Shown here: one piece after another, positions 61,998 through 64,000 of the stretch
Position numbering within the stretch: position 1 is the stretch's first letter
How the letters are laid out: each line of letters opens with the position of its first letter
NCBI GenBank assembly: GCA_027320085.1
Contig: DAHVLZ010000010.1
Location: forward strand, 32,001-96,000
Source of the DNA: Pseudomonadota bacterium
Lineage (GTDB): Bacteria > Pseudomonadota > Gammaproteobacteria > JAKAQQ01
Direction of reading: 5' to 3'
Length of the DNA stretch: 64,000 bases
Position numbers and translations under genes: made by a program
The notes under the pieces: model-generated
What the model saw: the letters and a program-made list of their open reading frames with translations, nothing else
Told to the model about the DNA's origin: nothing
Databases searched by the model: none

Positions 61998-62348
61998 TTA
62001 GCCGCCCTCTTTCACGTTGCAGCCGTTTGGCGTATAGGCATCCGTATAGTGCGCCAGAAGGTCAGCCTCCTCGGCGATCCGATCTTTCTCTTTTGTGTTG
62101 AGGTGGACATGGACGTGGGTTGCGCCTTTTCTCTTGATACACGCCGCTTGATGATGGTCGTCGCTGACCCTGTCTGCCAAGTCACCCTCACCAATGTAGA
62201 TGGGAACCCATAGGCCTTTGTCGTTCTTCTTTGAAAAGATGTAATTGCCGTCTTGATTGGCGTTGAAGTCGGCAGGCAGCTCCCAAATGAAGTACGTATA
62301 TTTTGTGCTGCTCGCGCCGGTCCAACTACATTTCTTATGCTCAGCCAT
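61998..62348 (-). CDS. Small GIY-YIG-like protein
   Basis: GNYIF...IYIGE..LADR...HH...EEADL...CN; GGAG RBS. Confidence 0.75.
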   Translation of the reverse strand: MAEHKKCSWTGASSTKYTYFIWELPADFNANQDGNYIFSKKNDKGLWVPIYIGEGDLADRVSDDHHQAACIKRKGATHVHVHLNTKEKDRIAEEADLLAHYTDAYTPNGCNVKEGG

Positions 62349-62537
62349 GTCGATTCTCCCGTTCCTGATTCTCCAGCCTTTGCGAACGATCGCGGTAGCG
62401 GGCTGCAATCAACCCGAGCACATTTTACCATGAATTGCCACTTCTGATATGGGCAAGCAGCATGCACGAGCTGCAAACACGTTGGCAACTATTGCAATTG
62501 GGAATTGTTCATCGTATGCTGGCTATGTAATCGTTCC

Positions 62538-62918
62538 ATGGACAAGAATTTCTACCTCCGTTTCGGCCAGATGCTCCGGGAAGCGCGCAAGGCTTCCGGG
62601 TTGTCGCAAGAGGACCTGGGCAAGTCTGTCGGCCTCAACAGAACATCGGTCAGTAATATCGAAAAGGGCCGTCAGAAAATTCTGCTCCACACGTTCTGTG
62701 AGTTATTGAGGGTATTGAACGTAGGGCCACGCGACCTGATTCCCTTGCCGGTTGAGAAAAAGCCGCCCGCCAATCCTGATCTGAGCGGATACCGGCCGGC
62801 TGTGCGTGCCTTCATCGCAAGGGGCATCGGCCTGCAATCGAGAGAGGAGTCGAAGAGTAAATCCAATGTCAATTCGCCGCTTCAAGATTCAGAAGCTCGT
62901 AAGCGAGTTGCTCGATGA
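62538..62918 (+). CDS. XRE-family HTH regulator
   Basis: LSQEDLGKSVGLNRTSVSNIEKGRQ. Confidence 0.92.
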   Translation: MDKNFYLRFGQMLREARKASGLSQEDLGKSVGLNRTSVSNIEKGRQKILLHTFCELLRVLNVGPRDLIPLPVEKKPPANPDLSGYRPAVRAFIARGIGLQSREESKSKSNVNSPLQDSEARKRVAR

Positions 62919-63402
62919 GTTCGAAATAGCGGAACCACCCGTCCCGGTGCGGAAGCTTGCACGCGGCCGCGGCGCCCGGATATTCCTGGAAGGCCAGGAA
63001 GGCGATCTGTCTGGGTTCCTGTTCAGGCGCGAAAAAGAGATCATCATTGGCGTCAATACGAATCAGGCCCCCATTCGCCAGCGGTTCACCATAGCGCATG
63101 AATTGGGGCACTTGCTGCTTCATGATTTGGATGATCTGCATGTGGACCACGGGTTCGTGGTACGGTTGCGCAGCGATGTATCGAGTCTCGGCCTTGACGA
63201 GGCAGAAATGGAGGCCAACCGGTTCGCGGCGGAACTCTTGATGCCGACGCGGCTCCTGAAGGAAGATCTGGAAGGTACGGAGCTGGACTTGACGAATGAC
63301 CAGACGTTTCGGTCTCTGGCCAAGCGTTACGGCGTCAGCGCGCAGGCTTTGGCCATTCGGCTTACTGGCTTGGGATATCTGCCAACCGTAGAGACTGCCT
63401 GA
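62866..63402 (+). CDS. ImmA/IrrE-family metallo-endopeptidase
   Basis: RQRFTIAHELGH (HExxH), EMEANRFAAELLMP. Confidence 0.94.
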   Translation: MSIRRFKIQKLVSELLDEFEIAEPPVPVRKLARGRGARIFLEGQEGDLSGFLFRREKEIIIGVNTNQAPIRQRFTIAHELGHLLLHDLDDLHVDHGFVVRLRSDVSSLGLDEAEMEANRFAAELLMPTRLLKEDLEGTELDLTNDQTFRSLAKRYGVSAQALAIRLTGLGYLPTVETA

Positions 63403-63591
63403 CTATAATCGAACGGTCACCCAAGCAACGGCAGTTAGCCTATGCCCAGCATCGCCGGAATCAGCAAAGCCACAGTGTGTGACCAAGTGCGAGCGGAACG
63501 CTCCAATTCATTCGCAGCGTTAACGGGCTCCAGACTTCGCCCCCAATCCCAGCCGGTCTCCACGATCCCTTGCGCGTGACAAGTTGCGTTA

Positions 63592-64000
63592 TCACTGCTG
63601 GACGAGTGAATAGCTCGTGCTGCGTCCGCCTTCGGAACTCTGAATGAGGACGCCGTGCCCGACGAGCGCGAGAATGTCCCGGTACGCCGTGTCCTGCGAG
63701 CATTTCGCGAGTCTGGCGTATTTGGAACTCGTGAGCTTGCCTTCGAAACCGTCGAGCAGGCGGTTGATCACCAGCCGCTGACGGTCGTTGAGATGGACGT
63801 CCTTGATGCGTTCCCAGAACCGCGCTTTAGCAAGCATGCTGCTCAAAGTTTCCTGAGCCCCGTCGATGTCCCGGCCCAGACAGCCGAGGAACCATTCCAT
63901 CCAGGGCGTCACGTCCATTTTTCCTTTCTGCGTCTGTTCCAGGATGTCGTAATACGCATTCCGCTCCTGCTGGATCTGCGCGGACATGCTGTAGAAGCGC
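63592..64000 (-). CDS. Fic family protein, 3' part (paralog of 11989-13098; cut by window end)
   Basis: RFYSMSAQI...AKARF...GFEGKLT...GGRSTSY, closely similar to the first Fic. Confidence 0.92.
   Translation of the reverse strand, partial: RFYSMSAQIQQERNAYYDILEQTQKGKMDVTPWMEWFLGCLGRDIDGAQETLSSMLAKARFWERIKDVHLNDRQRLVINRLLDGFEGKLTSSKYARLAKCSQDTAYRDILALVGHGVLIQSSEGGRSTSYSLVQQ

Overview
High-GC gammaproteobacterial chromosome segment in which core blocks alternate with decayed accessory islands. 1-11.6 kb: galE 3' end, LMW phosphatase, a complete hydroxyproline-catabolism (lhp-type) cluster with AraC regulator and APC permease, and a GST. 11.6-24.1 kb: an IS/toxin-antitoxin graveyard (two Fic genes, MNT-HEPN, RhuM fragments, IS1595/IS3/IS701/IS4 remnants) with an NAD-dependent formate dehydrogenase, a putative PD-(D/E)xK nuclease, a solitary CRISPR-type repeat and a MOBF relaxase plus coupling protein with no T4SS in view. 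24.2-26.6 kb: two-component pair and tadA. 26.6-32.6 kb: decayed island at the guaA 3' end (YefM-YoeB, AbiE with frameshifted toxin, HipA and primase-like fragments). 32.6-59.2 kb: core genes (guaAB, xseA, dacB, metX-like, der-bamB-yfgM-hisS-rodZ-pilW-rlmN-ndk without ispG, iscS/iscU-like/iscA, suhB, secF-secD-yajC-tgt-queA). 59.4-64 kb, the most unusual region: an intron-less tRNA-Leu(CAA), a broken tyrosine integrase and a second tRNA-Leu(CAA) split by a 235-nt group I intron (the shared tRNA 3' ends form att-like direct repeats), then small GIY-YIG-like and HNH-like genes divergent from an XRE + ImmA/IrrE pair. All calls come from reading motifs by eye; no searches were run.
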